A program made the position numbers and the translations under genes. The notes under the pieces were generated by a model. It searched no databases, was not told the origin of the DNA, and saw nothing but the letters and a program-made list of their open reading frames with translations. Positions 1 to 8,249 of a stretch of 64,000 bases of DNA are shown here, piece after piece. The stretch spans positions 1,173-65,172 of the forward strand of contig CAAGGQ010000110.1 of the NCBI GenBank assembly GCA_900769475.1, written 5' to 3'. How positions within the stretch are numbered: the first letter of the stretch is position 1; every line of letters starts with the position of its first letter. This stretch comes from Clostridia bacterium (GTDB taxonomy: Bacteria > Bacillota > Clostridia > Oscillospirales > CAG-272).

Positions 1-133
1 GGAAGAACGCCTGGAAATCATGGACTTTCCACGTGCCGACATCTACGAGGAGGGTCTGACCGAGCGCGTCCGCGCCGCCAACGAGGCCATCCGTGCCTAT
101 CACGCCGCACAAGATGCAGAAAATCAAGAATAA
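1..133 (+). CDS. 3' end of a gene cut by the window edge; paralog of the next CDS (hypothetical membrane-anchored protein family)
   Basis: Frame 2 reads EERLEIMDFPRADIYEEGLTERVRAANEAIRAYHAAQDAENQE* with TAA at 131-133. It closely matches the C-terminus of CDS 165..989 (DDRLEIMDFPCADIYEDGLTERVRAANEAAQAYHAAQDGEKKE*) at protein and DNA level. Confidence 0.6.
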   Translation, partial: EERLEIMDFPRADIYEEGLTERVRAANEAIRAYHAAQDAENQE

Positions 134-164
134 ATCATTTCGCTTTCCGAAAGGAGAAGAATCC

Positions 165-989
165 ATGAAAAAACGCATTCTAAAAATATCCGCTTTCACG
201 ATAGCGCTGCTCCTGATCGTTGCCGTGGGATGGTTTGCCAATGCTTTGGTTGGAAATCCTCTCTCCAAGTGGATGGCGACCAATACCGCGCAAGCGCATT
301 TGAAAGAGAACTATGGAGATCAGGATTTTGTGCTTGATAGTGTCACGTTTAACTTTAAATTCGGTTATTATCACGCCCACGTTTCTTCTCCAAGCAGCAT
401 GGACAGTCATTTCACGTTGCTCATCGGCATGAACGGTCGACTGATCGAGGACACCTACCAAGATCGGGTGATCCACCGTTGGAACACCGCCGACCGCATT
501 GGACGGGAGTATCGCAACGCGGTGGACGCCGTCCTCAACAGCCCGGCATTCCCCTACCGTGAACACATCGGCTTTGGCGATCTGGCATTTGTTCCAATGG
601 AATACAAGGAGGATCCTTCGTCCCCCTATTATGCCATCATCATCGAGCATCTCACCCTGGACGCGTTCTATAACGTCTGCGAGCTTGGGGAAACCGCCGG
701 AAAGCTTACGATCTATTTGGAGGAAGAAACGGTTTCCTGCGAGCGTATGGCAGAGATTCTCCTGGATGTGAAGCGTATCTTTGACAATGCCGGTGTAAAA
801 TTCTGCGTCTTGGATTTCGTTTTGGAGCATCCAAAGTCCGAAGAGGGCCCCCATCCGGACGATCGCCTTGAAATCATGGACTTCCCCTGTGCCGACATCT
901 ACGAAGATGGCTTGACCGAGCGCGTCCGCGCCGCCAACGAGGCCGCCCAAGCCTATCACGCCGCGCAAGATGGGGAGAAAAAAGAATGA
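165..989 (+). CDS. hypothetical protein with N-terminal TM anchor
   Basis: ATG at 165 lies behind RBS AAAGGAGAAG. The N-terminus MKKRILKISAFTIALLLIVAVGWF is a signal-anchor helix. I recognise no family. The ORF-track start at 93 lacks an RBS. Confidence 0.7.
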   Translation: MKKRILKISAFTIALLLIVAVGWFANALVGNPLSKWMATNTAQAHLKENYGDQDFVLDSVTFNFKFGYYHAHVSSPSSMDSHFTLLIGMNGRLIEDTYQDRVIHRWNTADRIGREYRNAVDAVLNSPAFPYREHIGFGDLAFVPMEYKEDPSSPYYAIIIEHLTLDAFYNVCELGETAGKLTIYLEEETVSCERMAEILLDVKRIFDNAGVKFCVLDFVLEHPKSEEGPHPDDRLEIMDFPCADIYEDGLTERVRAANEAAQAYHAAQDGEKKE

Positions 990-1010
990 ACGCAAAAAAA
1001 TGCCCGGGAG

Positions 1011-1144
1011 GGTGACCTCCATAAAGCAGGTTGTTTCCTGCCGATAAATTCATTCCGTAGGGGCGTTCCGTGAACGCTCCCGTGGCAAAAAGGACAGAGA
1101 ATTTCACGTTCCCTGTCCTTTTTCACACTCCTTGCCCCGCAGGG
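1011..1144. repeat. intergenic repeat family A, copy 1 (conserved ends, variable hairpin core)
   Basis: The left end GGTGACCTCCATAAAGCAGGTT and right end TTTCACACTCCTTGCCCCGCAGGG recur at 4291-4386. The core holds hairpin AAAGGACAG..CTGTCCTTT, which on the minus strand is followed by a T-run. Confidence 0.55.
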
Positions 1145-1203
1145 GATATATCACCCTTACGGACGGTCGAAAAAAAAGATGACTCCACCGTAATGGTTGT
1201 GGG

Positions 1204-1232
1204 TTGCAAACACGGTCGATTTATGCTATAAT
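1204..1232 (+). promoter_or_regulatory. sigma-A type promoter (TTGCAA-17-TATAAT)
   Basis: TTGCAA at 1204-1209 and TATAAT at 1227-1232 with a 17-nt spacer, about 30 nt upstream of the GTG start at 1262. Confidence 0.6.
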
Positions 1233-1261
1233 AGTACCATCCTGTACCGGGAGGTATAACC

Positions 1262-2365
1262 GTGAACGAAAGCATTTCCAAAAATCTCAAGCGGCTTCGA
1301 AAAGAACGGTCTCTGACCCAGGAGCAGCTGGCCGAGGCTCTGGGTGTGACCACCGGGGCGGTCTACAAGTGGGAAAGCGGCAGAAGTCTTCCCGATCTTC
1401 CCATGCTTCTGCGCCTGGCCGATCTGTTCGAGCTTTCGCTGGATGCCCTGGTGGGCTACGGCGTGCAGCACGGCGGGGTGACGGCTCTGGAGGAACGGAT
1501 CAACGCGCTGCAACGCGAAAAGAAATACGATGCGGCCGCGGACGAAGTCGAAAAGGCCCTGTTGCGCTTTCCCAACGATTTCCGCATCGTTTACCGTGCG
1601 GGCGAGCTGTACGCCGTGGCCGGGTTAGAGCTCTCGGATCCTCCCAAAGCCCGCCGCGCCATTGCCCTGCTGGAGCGCGCGATCCTGCTCCTCTCCCAAA
1701 ACACCGATCCCAAGATCAGCGAGGGTTCCATCCAAAGAACGGTGGCGGAATGTTATCTTCTTCTCAACAAAACTGAAAAAGCCCTGGAGATCCTGAAAGC
1801 TCACAACGTGTGCGGCGTTCACAATCCCCTGATCGCCTTTTTTTACTCCCAATCCGATCAACCGCTCAAAAACGCCGAGCCCTATCTGACAGATGCCCTG
1901 GACGATCTGATTCCCGCCGCCATTCGAACTATGCTGGCCTACGCCAATTATTACACAAGGCAAAAACGCTACGCCTCGGCGCGGGATGCCCTCCTGTATT
2001 TGATCGGCCTTTTGGAAGGGCTGAAATGCGATGTGGAGCAGGTGGCCTACGTGGACAAGCTCATTGCGCCCTGCTATTCGGATTGTGCCTGCACCTCTTG
2101 GCTGCTGGGAGAACACGAGCGCGTAGAGACCTTCCTGCGTCAAGCCGCTCACGTGGCGCATCGCTATGACGCCGCGCCCCTTTGCAGCATAGAGAACCTC
2201 AAATTTCGCGTTGCAGACCGCTCCAACACCACGTTCTACGATGATCTTGGAGAATCCGCCGTAGCCGCGGTGGAAAAACAGCTTACGCAAAGCGACGGCA
2301 ACCGCGAGATCTTTGCCCTCTGGAAGCAGATCCTTGCCCGGGAAAGAAAGGAGTATAGAATATGA
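1262..2365 (+). CDS. XRE-family HTH transcriptional regulator with helical-repeat (TPR-like) C-terminal domain
   Basis: GTG start follows RBS GGGAGGT. The N-terminus LKRLRKERSLTQEQLAEALGVTTGAVYKWESGRSLPDLPMLLRLADLFELSLDALVG is a canonical HTH_3. The rest is helical and repeat-like. Confidence 0.85.
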   Translation: MNESISKNLKRLRKERSLTQEQLAEALGVTTGAVYKWESGRSLPDLPMLLRLADLFELSLDALVGYGVQHGGVTALEERINALQREKKYDAAADEVEKALLRFPNDFRIVYRAGELYAVAGLELSDPPKARRAIALLERAILLLSQNTDPKISEGSIQRTVAECYLLLNKTEKALEILKAHNVCGVHNPLIAFFYSQSDQPLKNAEPYLTDALDDLIPAAIRTMLAYANYYTRQKRYASARDALLYLIGLLEGLKCDVEQVAYVDKLIAPCYSDCACTSWLLGEHERVETFLRQAAHVAHRYDAAPLCSIENLKFRVADRSNTTFYDDLGESAVAAVEKQLTQSDGNREIFALWKQILARERKEYRI

Positions 2366-4080
2366 AAAACGGAGAAATCGATATTCGTCCGTATACCAGA
2401 CAATTTTACAAAGGAAACGTTCTCTGTTTCCTTTTCGCCTTGTGTGAAACCCTACTTATGTCCATCGGTGCATTGCTCGTTTCCTGGCTGATGCAACAGT
2501 TGATCGACCTGATCGGCGGCTATGAGATTGGGTTTACACTGCCTCAGCTTACCGTCATCACCTTGGTGCTGATCGGGGGCACGGCCATCACCTATATGAT
2601 CTCTTACTCCTCCAAGCCAAAATTTATCACACGGGGAATTTCCGGATATAAGGAATATGTGTTTGGGGAGCTCACAAAGAAGAACATCTCCGCCTTTTCC
2701 GGGGAAAATACCTCCACCTATATTTCCGCGCTCACCAATGATATTTCGGTAATCGAACAGGGCTATTTGCGAGTTCCCTTCTCCATAGCAGAGAGCCTGC
2801 TTCCCTTTCTCGGCGCCCTGGGATTGATGATTTGGTATAGCCCCCTGCTCACGTTGATTGCCATCGGTCTTTCCCTGCTTCCCCTGATCGCCGCCATTCT
2901 GACGGGCAACAAGGTTGCAGAGGAAGAGAAGAAGGTGTCCGATCGCAACGAGGCCTACACCTCCACGTTAAGGGATAGCCTAAGCGGATTCTCGGTGGTC
3001 AAAGCCTTTCGGGCAGAAGCCCAGATGCTTCGCATTTTCAAAGAAAACGTACGGGAGCTGGCAAAGGCACAATGCGGAAAACAGAAAATGAATATTCTCG
3101 TTGAGATGTTCGGTTCGGTTGCCGGAATCACGGCACAGCTGGGAGTGTTTCTCTTTGGTGCGTATCTTGCCATGTCCGGAAAAGGCATTACGGCGGGTAC
3201 CACGTTGATCTTCGTTCAGCTAATGAATTACGTCCTCAGCCCCATCGGCACGATCCCCACTTGCATTGCAGAACGAAAAGCGGCCAAGGCTTTGATTCAA
3301 AAAATAGCGATTGCCCTCAATGCCAACGTCAGGGAGGAAGGCAACACCGAATACAAGGAGCTGGCGCATGGCATCACCGTAAGGGATCTTTCTTTTGGCT
3401 ACGAACCCGAACAGCAGGTCCTTAAAAACCTTAACTGCCGGTTTGAGCTTGGGAAAAAGTACGCCATCGTTGGTGCATCGGGGAGTGGAAAATCAACTCT
3501 ACTCCATCTGCTGATGGCGTCGTATCCCAATTACAACGGAAAGATCTACTATGACGATACCGAGCTGCGAGAGATCCGCAGCAGTCATCTGTACGAGATG
3601 GAAAGCATCATTCAGCAGAACGTGTTCGTTTTCAACGCCACGATCAAGGAGAATATCACCATGTTCCGCGAGTTCTCCGAGGAGGAGATCCACGAGGCCA
3701 TTCGTCTTTCCGGTCTTTCCGCATTGATCGAGGAAAAGGGCGCCGATTATTTATGCGGGGAAAACGGAAGCGGCCTTTCGGGAGGAGAAAAGCAACGCAT
3801 TTCCATTGCGCGAAGCCTGCTGCAAAGATCCCGGGTGCTCCTGGTAGATGAGGCCACCGCCGCCCTGGACCGCGAAACCGCGTACCAGGTATCCAACGCG
3901 ATCCTTCACCTGGACGGGATCACCGCCATCGTGGTGACTCATTCCCTGGACGAGGGGCTCCTGCGGCAATACGACGCCATCCTCACCCTAAAGAACGGAA
4001 CGGTTTTGGAAAGCGGAAGCTTTGACGAGCTGATCGCGAAAAAGGGCTATTTTTATTCCCTGTTCACCGTAGCACAATGA
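2362..4080 (+). CDS. ABC transporter, fused permease/ATP-binding protein (type I exporter)
   Basis: TM-rich N-terminal half. NBD has Walker A GASGSGKST, signature LSGGEKQR and Walker B LLVDEATAALD. ATGA start/stop overlap with the upstream regulator. Confidence 0.9.
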   Translation: MKNGEIDIRPYTRQFYKGNVLCFLFALCETLLMSIGALLVSWLMQQLIDLIGGYEIGFTLPQLTVITLVLIGGTAITYMISYSSKPKFITRGISGYKEYVFGELTKKNISAFSGENTSTYISALTNDISVIEQGYLRVPFSIAESLLPFLGALGLMIWYSPLLTLIAIGLSLLPLIAAILTGNKVAEEEKKVSDRNEAYTSTLRDSLSGFSVVKAFRAEAQMLRIFKENVRELAKAQCGKQKMNILVEMFGSVAGITAQLGVFLFGAYLAMSGKGITAGTTLIFVQLMNYVLSPIGTIPTCIAERKAAKALIQKIAIALNANVREEGNTEYKELAHGITVRDLSFGYEPEQQVLKNLNCRFELGKKYAIVGASGSGKSTLLHLLMASYPNYNGKIYYDDTELREIRSSHLYEMESIIQQNVFVFNATIKENITMFREFSEEEIHEAIRLSGLSALIEEKGADYLCGENGSGLSGGEKQRISIARSLLQRSRVLLVDEATAALDRETAYQVSNAILHLDGITAIVVTHSLDEGLLRQYDAILTLKNGTVLESGSFDELIAKKGYFYSLFTVAQ

Positions 4081-4137
4081 GAAAATCAACGGAAGCCAAA
4101 CCTTCAAGAAAGCGCATCATACCGTCTTTTAGAGCCT

Positions 4138-4158
4138 CCCATCGGAGAGTCTGAACTC
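4138..4158 (-). other. orphan copy of the tRNA-Lys 3' end (T-arm/acceptor segment); candidate att-type direct repeat
   Basis: CCCATCGGAGAGTCTGAACTC here versus CCCATCGGAGAGTCGAACTC at 5276-5295 inside the tRNA-Lys gene. Same orientation with a single 1-nt indel. The flanks do not fold into a tRNA. Confidence 0.6.
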
Positions 4159-4290
4159 AAGCGTGCGCAGCTGTGCAATAAGATTCCCTTCTGCCTCCTG
4201 CCGCGCGCTATGGCATAATCCTCGCAAGCTCGGATTTGCAGAGCTCGACTCGTGAAAAATCATCAAACAACAGAAAAAGGATCGCCAAGG

Positions 4291-4386
4291 GGTGTCTTCC
4301 ATAAAGCAGGTTTTACCTACCGAAAAAAGCAAAAGGAGTACGGACAATTTGTTCGTACTCCTTTTCACACTCCTTGCCCCGCAAGG
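4291..4386. repeat. intergenic repeat family A, copy 2
   Basis: GGTGTCTTCCATAAAGCAGGTT ... hairpin GGAGTACG..CGTACTCC ... TTTCACACTCCTTGCCCCGCAAGG. The ends match copy 1 at 1011-1144. Confidence 0.55.
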
Positions 4387-4430
4387 TATAGTGTGTTACA
4401 CCTTTTTGGTGTACTGTCGGGCAGTGATAA

Positions 4431-4522
4431 GCCTCCCTTGTGTAAAGGGAGGTGGCTCGCGTAAGCGAGTCGGAGGGATTGTAAAAGTAAAAACTTCATC
4501 GTAAGACAATCCCTCAGTCACC
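4431..4522. repeat. REP-like palindromic units (family B, GGGAGG/CCCTCAGTC type)
   Basis: Hairpins GCCTCCCTT..AAGGGAGGTGGC and GGAGGGATTGT..ACAATCCCTC. The CCCTCAGTC and GGGAGG-palindrome motifs recur at 22196-22377. Confidence 0.5.
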
Positions 4523-4525
4523 TTT

Positions 4526-4747
4526 ATGGGTATACGTGGGATTGCGAATGTAGGCAGTATCATCGAGAATGACGGCGAGGAATCCGAGGAAGAAAAGCGT
4601 GAGCGAGAAGCAAGACACGCAGGAGAAGCGGTGGGAGTTCTCGTGGGTGGTGCTATCGGCTTTGCCATTGGACTGACCGAAAAGAAACCTACTCCGACGG
4701 ATGACGTTGACGATGGTGAGGAGCAAGGCATGGGAATGACGATGTGA
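4526..4747 (+). CDS. possible small acidic protein with one TM segment (weak call)
   Basis: 73-aa ORF with a hydrophobic stretch AVGVLVGGAIGFAIGL and acidic flanks. No convincing RBS. Its stop overlaps the next ORF. Confidence 0.25.
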   Translation: MGIRGIANVGSIIENDGEESEEEKREREARHAGEAVGVLVGGAIGFAIGLTEKKPTPTDDVDDGEEQGMGMTM

Positions 4748-4761
4748 GAAAGGATGAGGAT

Positions 4762-5175
4762 ATGACTTGGAAAAAGTTTTGGAAGCGAGTCAACGCTCTG
4801 CTTCACGATAACCGCACGGTGCTTCGTGAGGGTGAGGACATCGAGGACTGGGAAGAAGTTCAGCGCAAGCAACGTGAGATAGAAGCGGAAAGGCAGAGGA
4901 AAGAACAAGAGATTCTCGCTACGTGGTTTCTCCGCGAGGAATATCTCAATGCAGGTTGGTTCAAACGATTCCTCCTTCGCCTTGAATTTCTTTTCCGTGA
5001 TACGCGCGGAGAGAGTCACATTCCACAGATACCGGAACACATCCGCATGGAGATTGCTCGTTGCCTTTTGCCCGATATCGTTGCTTACTTTGAATCCGAG
5101 CAGGGGCAGAGAGAGTTTGCGGAATGGCAAGCACAGCAAGAGGCTGATAAAAAGGAAAAGAGCGAGGTCGCGTGA
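4762..5175 (+). CDS. hypothetical charged/coiled-coil protein
   Basis: ATG at 4762 follows GAAAGGATGAGG. The composition looks protein-like (EEVQRKQREIEAERQRKEQE..., ...IARCLLPDIVAYFESEQGQREFAEW). No family recognised. It lies inside the islet bounded by the tRNA-Lys repeat. Confidence 0.5.
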   Translation: MTWKKFWKRVNALLHDNRTVLREGEDIEDWEEVQRKQREIEAERQRKEQEILATWFLREEYLNAGWFKRFLLRLEFLFRDTRGESHIPQIPEHIRMEIARCLLPDIVAYFESEQGQREFAEWQAQQEADKKEKSEVA

Positions 5176-5269
5176 CCTCGCTCCTAAACAGCGTCAGATT
5201 TTAAGTTTAATAGTAAAAAACAAATCCGAACCAATTTCGATTTACGAAATAGTTCGGATTTGTTACGTT

Positions 5270-5345
5270 TGGTGACCCATCGGAGAGTCGAACTCCGGAC
5301 ACCATGATTAAAAGTCATGTGCTCTGCCATCTGAGCTAATGGGTC
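5270..5345 (-). tRNA. tRNA-Lys (anticodon UUU), CCA encoded
   Basis: The reverse complement is GACCCATTAGCTCAGATGGCAGAGCACATGACTTTTAATCATGGTGTCCGGAGTTCGACTCTCCGATGGGTCACCA. This gives a 7-bp acceptor stem, anticodon stem CATGA/TCATG with loop CTTTTAA, T-arm CGGAG-TTCGACT-CTCCG and terminal CCA. Confidence 0.95.
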
Positions 5346-5374
5346 ATTTGGCAAGCTTTTAGGCTTACCAAATT

Positions 5375-5403
5375 ATTATAGCATATTTGCCTCGGTTTGT
5401 CAA
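5375..5403 (-). promoter_or_regulatory. consensus promoter for tRNA-Lys (TTGACA-17-TATAAT)
   Basis: On the minus strand, TTGACA is at 5403-5398 and TATAAT at 5380-5375 with a 17-nt spacer, about 30 nt upstream of the tRNA 5' end. Confidence 0.75.
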
Positions 5404-5475
5404 TATTTTTCCAATCGGCAAAATGACGAAAACAAGGTCTTCTTCATTTTCTTATTTTGTGCAGGTTCTCCAGGA

Positions 5476-5994
5476 TTATTCCATGACCTTGCGGCGCACG
5501 TCGGCGGCCAGCTTCTCGATATTTTCAGGCAAAATTCCGGGCATGGAAGGCGTATATTCCCCATCCTCGATATCGCTCTCCGCAATGGCAGAACGGATCG
5601 ACTTTACCAGCATTTTCTCCACGAAAGGAAGTCCGTCGGTACGCAGGGAACCGCCAAAATACACGGTGGCAAAGGCGTGTTGGCGCAGCGTTTTAGGGAA
5701 CAGCACCTCGCTGTAATACTCGTTCTCATGGGTCAGACCACAGCAAAAGAAGAGGGCCAGCGGACGCTTAAGCAGCTCCTCCCCCTGAGTCTTGAACAGC
5801 CTTCGGAGGCTCTTTTGCAGCCGACCGAAGCGCACGCAACCGCCCAGAATACAAAGATCGTATTCCGATACCTGCACGTCGTGGGCATTGAGATCCACCG
5901 CCTCCACGGCCACGTGCCCCATGGCGCGTTCAAAGCGCTCCACGCACTCCTTGGTGGTGCCGTTTTTGCCGGCGTAGGCAATTAAAATCTTCAT
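5476..5994 (-). CDS. flavodoxin-domain protein
   Basis: The MKILIAYAGKNGTTKE N-terminus is a flavodoxin-type phosphate-binding loop. The protein is about 170 aa with an alternating alpha/beta pattern. Confidence 0.75.
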   Translation of the reverse strand: MKILIAYAGKNGTTKECVERFERAMGHVAVEAVDLNAHDVQVSEYDLCILGGCVRFGRLQKSLRRLFKTQGEELLKRPLALFFCCGLTHENEYYSEVLFPKTLRQHAFATVYFGGSLRTDGLPFVEKMLVKSIRSAIAESDIEDGEYTPSMPGILPENIEKLAADVRRKVME

Positions 5995-6078
5995 TCCTTT
6001 CCCCCCTTTTAGAGAAAACGACCGCTCTGCAACACAGAACGGTCATTTCTTTTCCAAATGTCAAAGTATCTCCAGAAA

Positions 6079-6324
6079 TTAGTCAGCCAGAATGCTGATC
6101 TTGTTGCTGGTGATCTCGGTTACCAGGTCAAGAACCCAGAAAACGAAGCTGATGGGGGGAATGACAGCCAGGATGCCAACGATCAGAGTAACAATATTCT
6201 TGGTCTCTACGAAACGAAGAATTCTGTAAATGCCGCCAACGATAGCGCCCAGGAGGATCTGCAGGATCACTTTTACGATCTTGGGAAGAGCTTCGTATGC
6301 GCCGGTAATGCTGTTGTTTGCCAT
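6079..6324 (-). CDS. small integral membrane protein (2 TM), unknown function
   Basis: 81 aa with RBS AGGAGAT 7 nt upstream. Two hydrophobic helices (ILQILLGAIVGGIY and IVTLIVGILAVIPPISFVFWVLDLV). Confidence 0.65.
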   Translation of the reverse strand: MANNSITGAYEALPKIVKVILQILLGAIVGGIYRILRFVETKNIVTLIVGILAVIPPISFVFWVLDLVTEITSNKISILAD

Positions 6325-6347
6325 GTTCGTATCTCCTATCTATGTAT

Positions 6348-6367
6348 TTGTGAAACGATATTCACAA
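6348..6367. promoter_or_regulatory. perfect inverted repeat TTGTGAA-N6-TTCACAA (candidate operator) in the leader of the small membrane protein gene
   Basis: The 7-6-7 palindrome lies just downstream of a minus-strand promoter (TTGACT 6401-6396, TATACT 6378-6373). A third TTCACAA half-site is at 6409-6415, upstream of the -35. Confidence 0.5.
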
Positions 6368-6499
6368 TAAGTAGTATAGCATACTTCTCCGCAAAAGTCA
6401 ACAAGAAATTCACAATTTGGCCAAGCTTTTGTAAAAGGAACTCATTTTTGATTGCATCTTAAACTCCCTCAGATCCGGGGGCTGATATTCGTTCCGTTT

Positions 6500-7243
6500 T
6501 TACTCGCAATATTTCTCGGCAAACGCGATCAGAGGCGTGTTGTCCTCGATGCCGTGGGGATGGTGATCACAGCCCGGCTTGAGGATCTCCTCAAAGGGGA
6601 CGTCGCTCGCCCGATAGGCCCGGGCCAGGTGGGCGCCGTTCTCAAGGTAAGGCACCACCTTATCTGCGTCACCGCAAATCAGAAACACGGGAATCTTATG
6701 GTCAATCAAATGTTCGATATGATCAAAGGGCTGGTTGCGATCGTTGATGAGATCGGTCACGGTACGTCCCGTCTTCTCCACGAATTCGCGGTACATCTTC
6801 TCCCACTTGGGATTCTCGCTTCCAAGACCGATGCCGCAGGGACAGCTGAGCAGGTTCAGCACGGGAGCGTCCAGATAGAGCGCCGCCACGTACTCGGGGT
6901 ACATGGAGGCGAAATAGACTCCCTGCATACCACCGCAGCTCATGCCCACGGGCAAGCATTTTTGGGCAAATCCAAATTCCCTTTGCAAAAAATCGCAGAA
7001 GGGCTTCTTTGCCTCTATGTCCCCGGGATTGACCCAACGGGTGCTGTTTGCGATGTGTGCCAGGCCCCATCCGCGGGAGAGCATGTCCAGCTCAAAGGAC
7101 GGAAACGCGCCAAAATACTCGGTCTTAAGCATCCAACGACCGGCCGGATCCTTCTCTTTGGGAAGCACCACAATGGCCTTTCGTCCCTCAAAGAGGAAAT
7201 CCAAACGCTCGTAGCCGTTCCACTCACTCTTGATATATTCCAT
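6500..7243 (-). CDS. alpha/beta hydrolase (esterase-like)
   Basis: Nucleophile elbow GMSCGG (G-x-S-x-G), and a late DADKV...HHPHG consistent with an Asp/His triad. RBS GGAGGAG. Confidence 0.75.
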   Translation of the reverse strand: MEYIKSEWNGYERLDFLFEGRKAIVVLPKEKDPAGRWMLKTEYFGAFPSFELDMLSRGWGLAHIANSTRWVNPGDIEAKKPFCDFLQREFGFAQKCLPVGMSCGGMQGVYFASMYPEYVAALYLDAPVLNLLSCPCGIGLGSENPKWEKMYREFVEKTGRTVTDLINDRNQPFDHIEHLIDHKIPVFLICGDADKVVPYLENGAHLARAYRASDVPFEEILKPGCDHHPHGIEDNTPLIAFAEKYCE

Positions 7244-7244
7244 A

Positions 7245-8234
7245 TCAGATCTCCTCCAGGAAGATGTTACGGATCCGATCCATTTCCTCCTCGGTAACGC
7301 CGCAGGCCTTCAAAAATCCAACAGCGGCCTCTTGGGTGCCCTCGCCGTAGGCATGCAAACCCTTGAGGAATTCCCCAAACTGCTCGGAATAGCGGGAACG
7401 ACGGTTCCAGCGGGAGAAGGAGGACATTTCGTAATCCAACTCCAGATCGTCCTTAGAAACGCCCAGCATGGCACCCAGGATATAGAGCCAGCAGCCGGTG
7501 CGGTCAATGCCGCCCCAGCAATGGCAGATGATGGGATAGCTCTCGGCGTCGAGAAGAACGTCAAAGGTCTCGCGGTAGCGCTTCATTTGCTCCTCGTTAT
7601 AGATCTCTCCGTAGGCCGCCAGAGCAACGTTGATCCATTTGACCCGCTCGGTATCCAGGGCAGGGGCGCGAAATTCGTCCTTGATGCCGCGAATATCCAG
7701 ATCGGTGCGGACGCCGAGATCGTAGAAGGTCTGCTTCCCCTCCTCGGTAATGGTGACGTGAGTATCCATTTCGGAGGTGCGGTACAGGAGACCCTGACGC
7801 ACTCGATGCTTGCCGTCGGCCGTTTGGAATCCGCCAAAGTCCCGCACGTTGGAAATGCCGTCCACGTAGAGCATACGGGGAACCTGGGGATCGGTGTGGA
7901 AGGATCTGATCTCGGAGATCTCCTCTCCAATCTTTACGCACCATTCGTACGCGGCGCCAATGAGGAAGTTGGGAATATCCGCTTCGCCGCCCACGGCTTG
8001 AAACGCCATCTTTTTTTCATTTCCCTTCTCCCAAACCAGGATCTCGCCGTCCACGGCGGGGGTATAGGAGAAATGCACGGGGCGAGGATAGGAAAGGTCA
8101 TCCTGCACCACACGCAGATTCAGCCAGTCCACGCGGTCGGTGGGATCGTTGGTGGGCTTTGCGATATAGCTCAGGTGCTTGTCCTGCAAGAGGGCAACGG
8201 TCTCGCCGTTTTGAGGGGTCAATAATTCGATCAT
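7245..8234 (-). CDS. protein-tyrosine-phosphatase-like protein (Y_phosphatase3-type) with N-terminal beta-rich domain
   Basis: CX5R P-loop HCWGGIDRTG. An upstream NVRDFGG motif is typical of this family. RBS AAGGAG. Confidence 0.75.
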   Translation of the reverse strand: MIELLTPQNGETVALLQDKHLSYIAKPTNDPTDRVDWLNLRVVQDDLSYPRPVHFSYTPAVDGEILVWEKGNEKKMAFQAVGGEADIPNFLIGAAYEWCVKIGEEISEIRSFHTDPQVPRMLYVDGISNVRDFGGFQTADGKHRVRQGLLYRTSEMDTHVTITEEGKQTFYDLGVRTDLDIRGIKDEFRAPALDTERVKWINVALAAYGEIYNEEQMKRYRETFDVLLDAESYPIICHCWGGIDRTGCWLYILGAMLGVSKDDLELDYEMSSFSRWNRRSRYSEQFGEFLKGLHAYGEGTQEAAVGFLKACGVTEEEMDRIRNIFLEEI

Positions 8235-8249
8235 ATCGGTAAAATCTCC

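Noticed and set aside
4085-4260. Possible complete tRNA or other structured RNA around the tRNA-Lys-like 21-mer
   Set aside because: Flanking sequence does not provide a complementary acceptor 5' strand, D-arm or anticodon arm. Only the 21-nt T-arm/acceptor segment matches, so it is treated as a fragment.
4396-5139. 247-aa minus-strand ORF across the tRNA-Lys-bounded islet
   Set aside because: Low-complexity Ser/Pro/Leu/Phe-rich translation that runs through repeat elements. No RBS. The plus-strand ORF 4762..5175 looks more protein-like, although that one is also uncertain.
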